Shown in pieces: positions 11,006 through 22,849 of a stretch of 64,000 bases of DNA. Location: the NCBI RefSeq assembly GCF_902713615.1, contig NC_052146.1:219960438-220024437 (forward strand), read 5' to 3'. Under the pieces are notes generated by a model. The model did not search any database and had not been told where the DNA came from. It saw nothing but the letters and a program-made list of their open reading frames with translations. Both the position numbers and the translations under genes were made by a program. The stretch is from Scyliorhinus canicula (lineage: Eukaryota). How positions within the stretch are numbered: position 1 is the stretch's first letter; every line of letters begins with the position of its first letter.

Positions 11006-13151
11006 ATTGGGTGGAATCTAATGCTTTTCCTGTGATGAGTAGGTGGCATGGGGACACTTAATCAGGCAGAAGGGTGGGGGCATCCTCTGCCCCAATTAAT
11101 TTGGTGGTGGGAAGATTCTTGGATATCTTCACTGCCCTGCTGTCAGTCGAGGCCCTTAAGTGGGCAATTAATGTCCATTTTAGGACATCATCCCATCGCT
11201 GCCGGAGTACAACCAGCGACAGGCGGGGGACCAACCATGTGCAAATCTCAAAAAACAAACCTTGTCAGGTTGCTTGTTGACTTCATGAGGAGGACCCTCG
11301 TTCAAAGACACTCAGTGCCTGGTCGAGGGACATGGTATCAGGAAAGAGGGTGTCCTGCTGAGAACCACTCCCTGCCCTTACTCTTAACACCTCTCCCTCC
11401 CCGTGTTAGCCCTCCCGTTATTAGGCACTTGTTTCCTGAGTTTCTGGACAATCCTGCAGCTTGGGTGGGTGCATTACCAGGAGCTGCCTCCACCTTCCTC
11501 GTTTCACTTGTCATGACACCCTGGGCTAGTGCACAGTCAATTCCAGCACCACTTGACATTGAGCCACAACACGGGTGAAATTAGATCTTATTTAAAGTAC
11601 CTGACGTCCTTGGTTGAGCCCGCTAAACAACATTTACCAGGTTTCTAACTTTACAACACAAGTAAACTTTTATTAAGTACAGTATTACAATTAAATGGCA
11701 GAAAATGTAACTGCCCATCTACTACCCCTTTCCCAACTCCCCTTTCTAACCACCCCCAATCTCTATATTCGGACGCACGCACACGCACACACTCACACAA
11801 ACAACACAGAGGCGAGGGACAGGGTTGTGGAAATGGGAAAAAAAATAATAAAAATGAGAGGATAAGGATCTTTCATGCACTGGGATAACTTCCAGTTACT
11901 GTCTTTCTGAAGTTGAGGCTTTCATTTTGGTACTTCCTCCTTCTAGGCTTGCGATGGTTTTCTCTGGCAAGATTGCCTACCTTCTCTGAAGGCTCAGCAT
12001 CATTTCAGGTTCACAGCAAAGGTTGTAGCAGGCATTCCTGTTTTCAGCACAATAAAACAGCTCTTCTACTTCAGCAAGCAGCAGACGGCGTTCCTTTCAC
12101 TTCCAAGACCTGAACACGTCTGTCCAATTCTCTCAGAAGCATCCAGGAACCAATCACTGACATTTGTCAGGCAGGACACTGTCCCTGGCCAACTCACCGG
12201 TTCTAAGTTAACTAATCAAACCAACCTCTTCTAAAAGCGGTTCCCAAGATCCACCGGTGCCGAGCAGTCCGTTCTCTCGTCTCCAAAAACAAAACCTGAG
12301 AACACAGTGTCCTGGCAAGCAAGCTGCATCAAATGTGTCTTCTGCTTAAGGCACATTGTGATTATTGGTCCACGGACCAAATTAATGAAATAACAAAACA
12401 AATGGGAACAAAGGAAATAAACAGGCAGGACACTTACACAATGCCAAACAATGCACAGCTGCTGGCCCGATTTACACGTAATACAATTGGTCTTCCCAAA
12501 AAGAGGCCCATGTCGCCTACATGAAATACCATCTTATCTTCGGTCCTTGCATCATTCCCCCACAAACAACTCCAATCCTTTCCCTGGCAACTCATCTGCA
12601 CACCTAGTCACCTCCTCAAAATATTCACTCAAATGTATTAGACATGATCTCCCCCTCCCCGAGAAAGCCATGCTAACTATCCTTGATCAATCCTTGCCTC
12701 GCCAAATGGCGATTAATTCTGTCCCTCAGGATTTTTTCTAATAATTTCCCTACCTTTGATGTTAGACTCACAGGCTTGTTTTTTTCCCTAATTCCCTTCT
12801 TGAATACTGGTACCACATTAGCTGTCCTCCAGTCCAGGCACCTATCCTGTGTCCAGGGAGGATTTTAAAATTAGCGTCATAGCCCTGCATTCCTTTCCTA
12901 ACACAGCAACCGAGGTGACATCACATCTGGGCCTAGGGATTTATTCACGTTTAAGCCCACTAAAACCGCTAACACCTCCTCCCTCTCAATGCAAATCTGT
13001 CTCCTTCCCTGTTTTCTACACCTACATTGTCCTTCTCCATACTGAACACAGATGCAAAATACTAATTTAATACCTCACCTACATCTTTCTGCTCCACACA
13101 CACATAACCACTTTGATTCCTAATGGACCCTGCACTTCTCCTGGTTACCTT

Positions 13152-13885
13152 GGGCTGGATTCTCCGACCCCCGCCGGGTGGGAGAATCGGCGGGGGTCGG
13201 CCTGAATCCCGGCCCTGCCTTCCTCCAAATTCTCCAGCCCTCCAAAAAGCGGCCCAGCGTGAATCGCGCCACCCGCCTCAGAGAATGGCAGGGACCAGCG
13301 CGACTCAATGGGCCCCGGGGCTGCCCGAATTCTCCTGCCAGCGATGGGCTGAAGTCCCGCCTGTTTGTTGCCAGGCCCGCCGGCGTAAATTGAAGTAGAT
13401 CGCTTACCGGCAGGACCTGGTGGTGCGGGCGGCCTCCGGGGTTCTTGGGGAGGGGGGGGGGGGGGGGGTGCGCAGGGGGATCTGGCCCCGGGAGGTGCCC
13501 CACGGTGGTCTGGCCTGCGATCGGGGCCCACCGATCCGCCGGCAGGCCTGTGCCATGGGGGCACTCTGTTGTTCCGCACCGGCGGCTGTAGCAGTCCTCC
13601 ATTGCCGCTGCAGAAACGAAGCCCTCTGGGCATGCGCGGGGATGACGCCAACACACGCTGGCGCTCCCGCGCATGCGCCGGCCGGCTGAGGCCCTTCGCC
13701 GATGGTTGGCGTGGCACCAAGCCCCTTTCCAGCCGGCCGGTGGGGCGCAAACCACTCCGGGACGGGCCTAGCCCCTGAAGGTGCAGAGGATTCCGCACCT
13801 TTGGGGCAGCCCGCTGCCAGAGTGGTTCACGCCACTCCGTCTCGCTGGAGTTGCCCACCCCGCCAATTACGGCAGAATCCCGCAC
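13152..13885. mobile_element. GC/CpG-rich MITE (PIF/Harbinger-like)
   Basis: Imperfect TIRs gggctggattctcc / ggcagaatcccgcac, 3-bp CTT on both sides, internal poly-G. Confidence 0.75.
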
Positions 13886-14446
13886 CTTATTGCCCTTAAT
13901 TTTGTTACAGCTCCAGTTGACGTTATAACTAAACGGGAAGGTCCAAGAATGGAATCCTGGTTCAAAAGACCATAACTTTTCATTTTCTTTATGAAGCATG
14001 GGGGGAACAGAGTCATAGGTCCACTGATTAGTTTACACAACAAGAAAAAACGGTTATTAAACATGAAAAATTGGATTAGGATATAAAATACCTTTACTCT
14101 TCCCACCCCCCCTTAGTGTAATAATTACATGCAGTTTTTAGGATTAACTGGATTACGAAGTACATTTTAATCTACAATGGTCTCATTAACCCAAAGTCAT
14201 TTTTAAGCACATAGGGTGAAACTCCACTTTGAACCCCAAGCGCATATTTGTGAATGTCTTCCCAGAATCCTCACAGATGATTGTCACATGAGAGTTTCCA
14301 AATTGCACTCCCAAAAACACACTTTAAAGTCTTCTCTAATAAGTATGCTTCCCTTAGTAGTTTTCCAGTGACAACTTTTGAACAAAGCTTCATCTCCACT
14401 ATGAATAATAGTAATTCATTCAGATGTATGAGAATTAAGGGACACT

Positions 14447-15030
14447 TGGGGTGCGATTCTCCAAGTCCCGCACCGGGCCGGAGAATTGCCGCAACCGCGC
14501 CACGACGCCGGCGCGTAATTCGCCGAGCTGCGGAGAATCGGCGCCATTTGCACGGGCACATTTGGCGCGGCGCCAGCCGCGGGCCATTGGAATCGGTGGT
14601 GCCGCCGATTTTCCAGCCCGGATGGGCCGAGCGGCCGCCCCGATACGACAGAGTCCTGCCGATGCCGTTCACCCCTGGTCGCTCGACGGGAACTCTGCGG
14701 GAACGCTCGGGTGGGGAGGGGGGCTCTGATGGGGTCTGGCCCGTGATCGGGGCCCACCAATTGGCAGGCCGGCCTCTCTCTCTCTCTTTCCCCCCCCCCC
14801 CCCCCCCCCCCCCCCCGGGCCTACTTTCGCGGCCGGCACCGACCCCATGTTGGGTCGGGGCCGGTGCGCGTAAGATGTTCCCCGTGCATGCGCAGGATGG
14901 CGCGGCTCAACTACGCATGTGCAGAATTGAGCTAGCCCAACTGCGCATGCGTGGGTTGGCACGCCGGCCATTTGGCGCCGCGAAAGGAGACTGGAGTGGC
15001 GTGAACCGCTCTGGCGCCGTGCTGGCCCCT
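14447..15030. mobile_element. Truncated GC-rich MITE related to 13152-13885
   Basis: Begins ggggtgcgattctcc; shares gatcggggcccacc and gcgcatgcg motifs; poly-C tract. Confidence 0.7.
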
Positions 15031-15179
15031 GTATACAACAAGCTGTATTTATTTGATGGGCAGTCATAGATTTATAGCGAACTACAGACTCCAAAGTATT
15101 CAGGTTTATATCTGAAGCAACAAGGTGAGGTATGTGTCCATCTCCTGCACCATCTGCTATGAGTAGCTGCTGTGACGAG

Positions 15180-16575
15180 GACATTGTTTAACTTTCCAAA
15201 GGACATTGACAAGTTGGTGGAGTGGGCAGATAGTTGGCAAATGCAGTTCGTACGGAGAAGTATGAGGTGATATATTTTGGAGAGGCAGAATTAAAAAAAG
15301 GAGTGAAATTCTTAAAGGGTTACAGGAGCAGAGTGACCTGGATATATATATATATATATATGTATAGACCATTGAAGGTGGCAGAACAGTTGGAGAGAGC
15401 AGTGAATAAAGCATACGGTATCCTGGGCTTTATTAATAGGGGCATAGAGCATAAGACCAAGGGTGCTATGCTCAACTTACACAAAACACTAGTTAAACCT
15501 CAGATGGAATGGTGTGTACAGTTCTGGGTGCCACACTATGGGAAGGCTATGAATGCATTGGAGAGAGTGCACAAGAGGTTTACAAGAATGGTTCCAGGAA
15601 TGTGAAACTTCACTTATGAGGATAGGTTTGGGACTGTTCTCCTTGGAGAGACGAAGGTAGAGAAGAGATTTGAAAGAGATATTCAAAATTATGAGGGTGT
15701 TGGACAGAGTAAATAGGGAGAAACTTCCTGCTCGAAAAAAAGATCAAGAACGATAAGAGCATAGATTTAGGCCAGGATTCTTCGTTTGGGAGACAATGTT
15801 CTCCTGTGCGCCTGAATTGCACTAGTTTCACGATCCCCTTATGGTCGCAAAGCAGGATGCAATTCCTTATTCCTTGCTATGCAAATTTATGCATGGCGTG
15901 GAATACAAGGGGTTCCCATCTTGCTGCCACCTTGAACTCCCTGTGCGGGGTCACCCTATTAGAGAGGTCCCGGGGGGTTTGGTCACCCCCATACTTGTGG
16001 GTGGGGTGGGCACCCAGGCAATCTGGGGTTAGGGACTGCTGTGCAGAGTTTGGGGGGGAATGGCCTTGCAATGTCTGTGCAGCTGTGACCCTGGGGAGGT
16101 GGACCTCGATGTTGGCCAAGAGGGCTACATCAGGGCCATGATTATAGAGACCACAAGTGAACCTCACCCACATAATTCCCGGCCGTGGGGACTGGAGAAT
16201 CACGGGAGGGCGGAGCATAGGGCGCGGGCCTGCTAAATAGATGCAAATGCATCATTATGACCTATTTGCATTTATTTCCATGTTCCCGCTGGTGTGTGGC
16301 GTGGAACTTGTTCACGCCACCAGCGAGGGATCTGAGCACTTCATGGCGCCGATACCGGTTTTACCCCAAAGCCCGATTCTTCGTCCCATCGGGGGACGTA
16401 TTCTGGGCATCCTGGGGACGGAGAATCCTGTCACTTACAGTGATTTGCAAAAGAAGAGTTGAGAGAAAACCTTTTGACACTGCAAATGGTTAGGGCCTGG
16501 AATGCAGTGCCTGGAAATCTGATTAAGGCAGGTTCAATACAAACATTCAGGAGGGCATTAGATGATTATTTGAAT
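15180..16575 (+). mobile_element. CR1 3' fragment split by a MITE at about 15770-16433
   Basis: KAYGILGFINRGIEHK...LERVHKRFTRMVPG; the insert is bounded by ggccaggattcttc and ggagaatcctgtc, and CR1 sequence resumes after it. Confidence 0.75.
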
Positions 16576-16585
16576 ATAGAGACAA

Positions 16586-16743
16586 ATGAAATGAAAATCG
16601 CTTATTGTCACAAGTAGGCTTCAATGAAGTTACTGTGAAAAGCCTCTAGTCGCCACATTCCGGCGCCTGTTCGGGGAGGCTGGTACGGCAATTGAACCAT
16701 GCTGCTGGCCTGCCTTGGTCTGCTTTCAAAGCCAGCGATTTAG
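16586..16743 (-). mobile_element. Short tRNA-derived SINE with (TTTCA)n tail
   Basis: Same family at 24825-25012 (+) and 32001-32175 (-). Confidence 0.75.
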
Positions 16744-17555
16744 GTTGAGGAAAAGGCAGAGTAATGGCATGCAAGTCATTTTTGAAGTCATTTTGCCGTT
16801 TTGAAGAGCCGATGCAGACATGATGGGCAAATGGCCTCCTCCTGCAGTGTAACAATTCTGTGATTCTGTGCTCACAGCCACATGTTTCAATACAGAAAGG
16901 GAACTTTGTGCCGATGCCAAACATGACTCATATCAACGATGATCACAAAAGAAACAGTTGTTCCTGTCCTGCTGTTCAGCAGAACAAGTGTGTCAATGGG
17001 TCCAAACTGAAAATATGAGTATTTAATTTGTTTACTAGCAGTAGAGAAGAGGCAGGCATTTAGAGATTGGTTTGGTACTGGACCTTTCAAGCTAGAAACA
17101 TCTAAAGTTTGGTATCTGTTCTGTGCTGGAGAGGAGAAAGTGAAAGGAAGAAACATAAACTCATAAATCTGAGTTGAGGAAGAAAGGTTTGTGAAAGACT
17201 GGTTAGTGTTATGAAAACAAATGGAACAATAGCAAAACATAAAGTAGGAAAACACATTTGGGTCGATTGGGGAAAAAGAGAGAACACGACTATCGATACT
17301 TTTCAAAAGTGTATTAAGAAATTAAGATTATTAGCTATCCAAAGGCAAAAAAAATTAAAGATTGTCAAATTAGACTTAGTCGCAATAGCTGTTGTGTCAT
17401 CTTTGGCAGATATTTGTTTTGCCGCTGCTTTCTTAGTGCGGTTCTGAGTTGATAATCAGCATGTGCATTGAGGATATGATTCTACTTCATTGTCAACATC
17501 ACTTTTTGAGTGGCATTAATTATGATCTGTGGTTTTCTCCTCTTTTCTCTTCCAG

Positions 17556-17594
17556 CCCCGTCACGCTCATCAGTATGTGGCCTGAACAGTATGA
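17556..17594 (+). CDS. UTRN: Utrophin exon (DMD exon 71 equivalent)
   Basis: cag|...|gtgagt, 39 nt; (I)PVTLISMWPEQY(D). Confidence 0.93.
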
Positions 17595-17776
17595 GTGAGT
17601 ATTTATATAACATTGTTTTGAGAGTTATCTCATTTTAATTTAATAAAAATTTATAGGAGAACAAATATTCCATCTGTGTTATGTGAGATGGCTTTCTCCT
17701 TTTCCAAATCCCAGTTCTTCAAAAGTAAAATTGGTCACCATTTTAGAAAGAAGTATTGCTATCGTAAATGATTAAG

Positions 17777-17946
17777 ATGTGGAGATGCCGCCGTTGGACT
17801 GGGGTGAGCACAGTAAGAAGTCTTACAACACCAGGTTAAAGTCCAACAGGTTTGTTTCAAACATTAGCTTTCGGAGCACTGCTCCTTCCTCAGGTGAATG
17901 AAGAGGTCTCTTCATTCACCTGAGGAAGGAGCAGTGCTCCAAAAGT
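17777..17946. mobile_element. Penelope-like terminal fragment with fold-back inversion and hammerhead motif (17856-17902, minus strand)
   Basis: Near-identical to 1467-1592; perfect 33-bp inverted arms; TSD gtaaat(g/a)attaag at 17764-17776 and 17947-17959. Confidence 0.75.
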
Positions 17947-18345
17947 GTAAATAATTAAGTGATTACGATGGTGTAACGACCCCCAGTGTTGCATCCTTCA
18001 GGAGCAAGGTGTGGAACTGATGTGAGCAGCATTGGAAATCCTGAATATGGTCCAAGGATTTGCCGTAAGCTACTGGACAGAAAGCAAATGCCTCACATTT
18101 CCACTTCAATGCTGTAATTTGAGCCATGAAAATGTCACTGCTGCTTAACATTCGATAATGCAATGGATAGTTAGTTCTAGCTTAATTTCTACTTCAAGTT
18201 CTGATACTTTCTATTCCAGTATATTATTATGACCTAATTTCTTCTTTAATTTACTTCAAGCCCACTTAAGTAATGAAGCAACATTGTCATTTTGCTATTT
18301 CTAACTGAAATATTGGCCGTCATATATTTTACTATTTATTTTCAG

Positions 18346-18411
18346 CCCTACACAGTCTCCACAATTGTCCCAAGATGACACACATTCGAGGATAGAGCAT
18401 TACGCCAACAG
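18346..18411 (+). CDS. UTRN: Utrophin exon (DMD exon 72 equivalent)
   Basis: cag|...|gtaaaa, 66 nt; PTQSPQLSQDDTHSRIEHYAN(R). Confidence 0.94.
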
Positions 18412-19230
18412 GTAAAAAAAAAAATTGCCATTGCTCCATTGAAATTCTTCTATTTTCCTGTAGGATGTGAAGGAATGAAACTGATTTCTGTTGTGAACAA
18501 ATGCAAAATCCCTTACGTTTTCATAGATCCTTGTGTTGGCCTCATATTAAGTGTTGCACATTTGCAGTCAAAAACATACTTGCCATTGGGGCGATTTTCC
18601 GGCTGCATTACATCCGGCATAAATCCTGTTCTGTTGAGAAAATCTGGCATGAAGCCCAAAACCAAATTTGTGCCAGGCGCAAATCACTTTCCGATCTTCC
18701 CAGGCCCTTCACATTGGTGTGATCCGGATCTCATCCAGAAAGGGTGAGAATGTGATTAGCATGCATTTGACTTCATTGTAATCTCATTAGCAAGATTAAA
18801 GTAAGATGTTCCGGCCTCTCAGAACCTTCCCGCCTACCAGCGGAATGTCAAGCGGGCACCAATTACCAATGGTCTTTACAAATGGGGACCAGGAGCCATG
18901 GACTCCGAGATGGAGAAAGGAGGTGAGTACACCTCTCCACTTAGTGCCAGGGTGCACCAGGGCAAAGCAGCCACTGGCCATGTGCCATGGGGGGGGGGGG
19001 GGGGGGGGGGGGGGTCCTTCAAGGGAATTATGAATTAGGAAGCTCAGGCTAGACTGGAGGGGATAAGGTTAGGGGTCTCCCCTGGGATGAGAGTCGTGCT
19101 GGATCTGTAAAGCCTTGAAGCCTGCTTCCTTTCATGTTTAACACCCCATAACAGCGCACAGCAGCAGCCTGTCTGTACTAAAGTCCTCTCATTGGACAGT
19201 GCCATTCTGTAGTTTGTCTCTTGGAGATGC

Positions 19231-19450
19231 ATTTCACACCCCTTGAAATTTCAATGTGCTCTATGGTTTTACTGTTGCAGTATGCCTGCTTTAATCCCCT
19301 TGTACTCGGTTGTTTATATTTGATTTCATGCCCCGTTGATTTTTCAACAAGCTCTGTGGTTTCACTATTACAATACTCCTGCTTTATTCCTTTGTACTTG
19401 TTTATATTTGATTTCATGCCCCATTGACTTTTACGAGCCTCTGCGGTTTA
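19231..19450. repeat. Degenerate tandem repeat, about 90-bp unit, about 2.5 copies
   Basis: atttca(c/t)..cccc..tga...tttca recurs at 19231, 19323 and 19411; cctgcttta.tcc.ttgtact...tgtttatatttg occurs twice. Confidence 0.7.
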
Positions 19451-20902
19451 GCCAGCTGCTGTCTACTTCATAGGTTCTATAGAGATCATTTGCTAACAAT
19501 GCAATTCGTGCCCCATTAACTATCAAGAGCTTCCTCGCTTGCATACCTGGGGCCTGGCTGAACTCCATTTTTAATCCAATTAGTTTGTTTTTCATTCTCC
19601 ATTATAACAGAGCTCTCTGGCTTATTTGGGAAGGGTTTTTATCCAAGCTTCTTTAATGGGTATCTTCTCAGAGCTACTGTTGAATTTTCAGGCTGAGCGC
19701 CAGAGAGCTGAGCAAAGCCTCTCCGCTTTTTGCTCCTGTTGGCCTGGGGGATGGGGACGGTTGGGCGAAAGGGGGCGGTCACAGACCAGACCCTAATTTA
19801 TATTAGGAAACTGGACGAGAAACGCAAAAAATGTTTCAATTTGTAAAACTGAGAGGAAAGGACACTTTGCTCCAGGAGTGATTCCACGGACAAATAGGGA
19901 TGTTTTATATCAGAACGAACTTTGTTATTAACACAGGACTACCCACGTTAGGATCACAGAAAATAGCTTAAATTAAATTAACAGTTGAAGAATTCTTAAA
20001 ATAAAAGGACTCTACTAACTTATACCTTCTCCACCTCCAATTAAGCAAAGCCCATTACAGGACAAAATCCACTGGTAAATAAAGTTAGCAAACACAGGCA
20101 TACTCTTGTGTCGAGCTTCCTTGGAAATAGTGCTTGGAGAGCAGACTCCTGCTCCTGGCAACATTTGGCAAAACTGCTGCTCAACTTTAAAACTCATGGT
20201 AGACTGCCAAATCTATATCAAACTGCAAAACTACTGACAGACCTGACTCCTCCAGTTATCATTTTTATCCCATTTCAATCCCATGAACCGCGTATCCAAG
20301 TCTAACCACAAGGTCTCAAATTATCTACTCTTCAAGGAATCTCCATAAGTTATAAACAAAGTTTAATTAGGCATCCTTTGTAAACAAGTATATGGTTGGA
20401 ATTAATGATTATCTCACTTTATGATATCTTAATGCACCTTTTACAGACACACTGCCCACCTATATATTAAACTAGGATTTTAATATTTTATATATATATT
20501 AACCCAGGCTTTTAAAAACATTGCTGCAATAGGTATATATAATATACTCAATATAAAAGTTTCCTACGTTTATCACAGGAGTAATAAGACTGGTGCCATC
20601 CTCAGGGCTGGCTGCATGTAACCGAGAGAGAGAAGGCGAGACAAAGTTCTGGGCGTGAAGGGTGGGTGCAATATGGGATGCGCCATTGGGCTTTAAGTCA
20701 TACTTCATGCAGCAGCTGCCATGTGCATTAAGTGTAAAGGCGTGACAGCTGTAAGATAATGGGATGCCCAACCCTGAGTATCCATGGTGCCTATTAATGC
20801 TGTCCTTCTCTGCTTCTGAGAGTTTTTGTGCCTTCTTACATTCCTGAAAGTCAGGCTTGTCCAACCAATTGCACTGGGGATCCAGGAGCCCTCAAGGCTC
20901 AC

Positions 20903-21203
20903 ATGGTAAGCACTGCAGTCTCACAATGCCAGGGACCCGGGTTCGATTCCAACCTTGGGTGGCTGTGGAATTTGCACGTCCTTCCCACATCTGTGTGGGT
21001 ATCCTCCAAGTGACCCGTTTCCTCCCACAGTCAAAAGGTGTGCAGGTTACGTGGATTGGCCATACTAAATTGTCCCTTAATGTCCAAAAATGTGTACGCT
21101 ATGTGGGGTTAGTGGGATAGAGCGGAGGATTGGGTCGAAGGGTCAGTGCAGACTTGATGGGCCAAATGGCCTCCTTCTGCATTGTAGGAATTCTATGGTT
21201 CTA
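20903..21203 (+). mobile_element. HE1/V-type SINE
   Basis: tRNA head with ggttcgattcc B box; tail ending ttctatggttcta. Confidence 0.75.
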
Positions 21204-21237
21204 GGTGAGGGTGGGCTATTTTGCCATACGTGAAGAC

Positions 21238-21359
21238 GAACCTGATGAAGGAGCTGTGCTCCGAAAGCTAGTGCTTCCTAACAAACCTGTTGGACTTTAA
21301 CCCGGTGTTGTAAGGTTTCTTACTGTGCCCACCCCAGTCCAACGCCGGCAGCTCCACAT
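21238..21359 (+). mobile_element. Minimal Penelope-like insert starting at a hammerhead core
   Basis: CTGATGA-A-GGAGC(tgt)GCTCC-GAAA-GCTA followed by the PLE 3' end; perfect 13-bp TSD catacgtgaagac (21225-21237, 21360-21372). Confidence 0.75.
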
Positions 21360-21509
21360 CATACGTGAAGACTGATTAGGTATATGACTTCAGATGGAGC
21401 TATTCTCCAAAGTATAAATAATAATGAAAGCTAAATTGTTTTATTATAATTGGATTAATTTTGATTGTTTACTAGAATCTAACAACATTATCTAATGTCT
21501 TTTATTCAG

Positions 21510-21575
21510 GTTGGCACAGATGGAGAGAACAAATGGCTCTCTGCTCACAGACAGCAGCTCAACCACAGGAAGTGT
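21510..21575 (+). CDS. UTRN: Utrophin exon (DMD exon 73 equivalent), syntrophin-binding region
   Basis: cag|...|gtaagt, 66 nt; LAQMERTNGSLLTDSSSTTGS(V), nearly identical to mammalian utrophin as recalled. Confidence 0.95.
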
Positions 21576-21595
21576 GTAAGTCTTTTGAAGAATTT

Positions 21596-22840
21596 GAATC
21601 ATAGAATGGTTACAGCAGAGACAGAGCGCGTTCAGCCTTTCATGTCTGTTGACTCTCCAATAGTAAATCAGCGAGTTCATATCCCCACCCTTTAAGCATA
21701 GCCCTGCAAGCTTTTTCTCTTCAGGTGATTCTCTAATTCCCTTTTGAAACACATGATAAAGTCTGCCTCTATCACACTCCGACAGTACGTTCCAGATCCT
21801 AACCACTCACTGCATCTAAAGTGTATCCTCGTGCCACTTTTGAAAAACATCTTGTTGAAGGCATTTTTAGTATACTTCATGCCACTGTTAACCGGCTCTT
21901 TTGTCCTACACTTTGTATCCTTGTTCTCCAGTTCTTGGTCTTCCACCAATGGGAACAGTTTCTTATCTATGCTGACTAGACCCCTTAAGATTTTGAACAA
22001 CTCTAAGAAAACTTCTCGAAACGTTCTCTTCTTTAAGGAGAGCAGCTCCAGCTTCTCCAATCTATCCATATAACTTATGTCTCTTTCCTGGAACCATTCT
22101 CATAAATCTTTTCTGTGCTTCTCTAATGTCTTTATATCTTTCCTAAAGTATTGTGCCCTGAATTGAATACCGTACTCTATTTAAGGCCAAACTAGTGTTT
22201 TGTCTAGGTTCATCATAACTTGCTTTTGTATTCAATACCTCTAGTTAAAAAACCAAGGATCCCATATGCCTGTTTAACCACTTTCTCAACTTCCCCTGCC
22301 ATTTTTAAAGATTTGTGCACCAATACATTGAGGTCTGTCTGCTCCTGCACTCCCTTTGCAATTATGATTCGAGTTAATCTTAACCCGAACCCTTTATATT
22401 TCCTTTTATCATTCTTCCTACCAAAATGTACCCTTTCACACTTTTCTGCATCTGCCACATGTCTGCCCATTGAATCTTCTTGGAGTCTATCACTGTCCTC
22501 CTCATAGTTCACAGTACGTCCAAGATTTGTGTCATCTGCAGATTTGGAAATTGTTCTCTGTACCAGTCTAAGTCATTAATATATATCGAGAAAAGTAGTG
22601 AACCTAGTACCGACCTCTGGGATCCCCTCTCCACACCTTCTTCCAGTCTAAAAATCAAGATTCACCACTACCCTCTGTATCCTGTCAGTGAACAAATTGC
22701 GTATCTATGCTGTCACTGCCCCTTTTATTCCATGGATTTTAACTTTGGTGGCAGGCCTATTTTGTGCTGCTTCATCAAAACATTTTGGAAGTCAATGTAT
22801 GCCATATTAACCCCATTACCCTCATCAACCCTCTCTATTA
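21596..22840 (-). mobile_element. CR1 LINE 3' fragment
   Basis: AYIDFQ, KVVKQAYGILGFLTRGIEYKSK and DRLEKLELLSL motifs; the tail ends about 20 nt from the donor at 21575. Confidence 0.8.
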
Positions 22841-22849
22841 CATGCATGT

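Noticed and set aside
13120-15184. Long overlapping ORFs of 170-284 aa
   Set aside because: They arise from GC-rich MITEs with few stop codons; low-complexity G/P/R content and no recognisable domain.
19842-20445. Possible solo LTR (tgtaaaa...ttttaca); a similar idea applied to about 11600-12438
   Set aside because: No matching target-site duplication and no second copy or internal sequence in the window, so it is not supportable without a library search.
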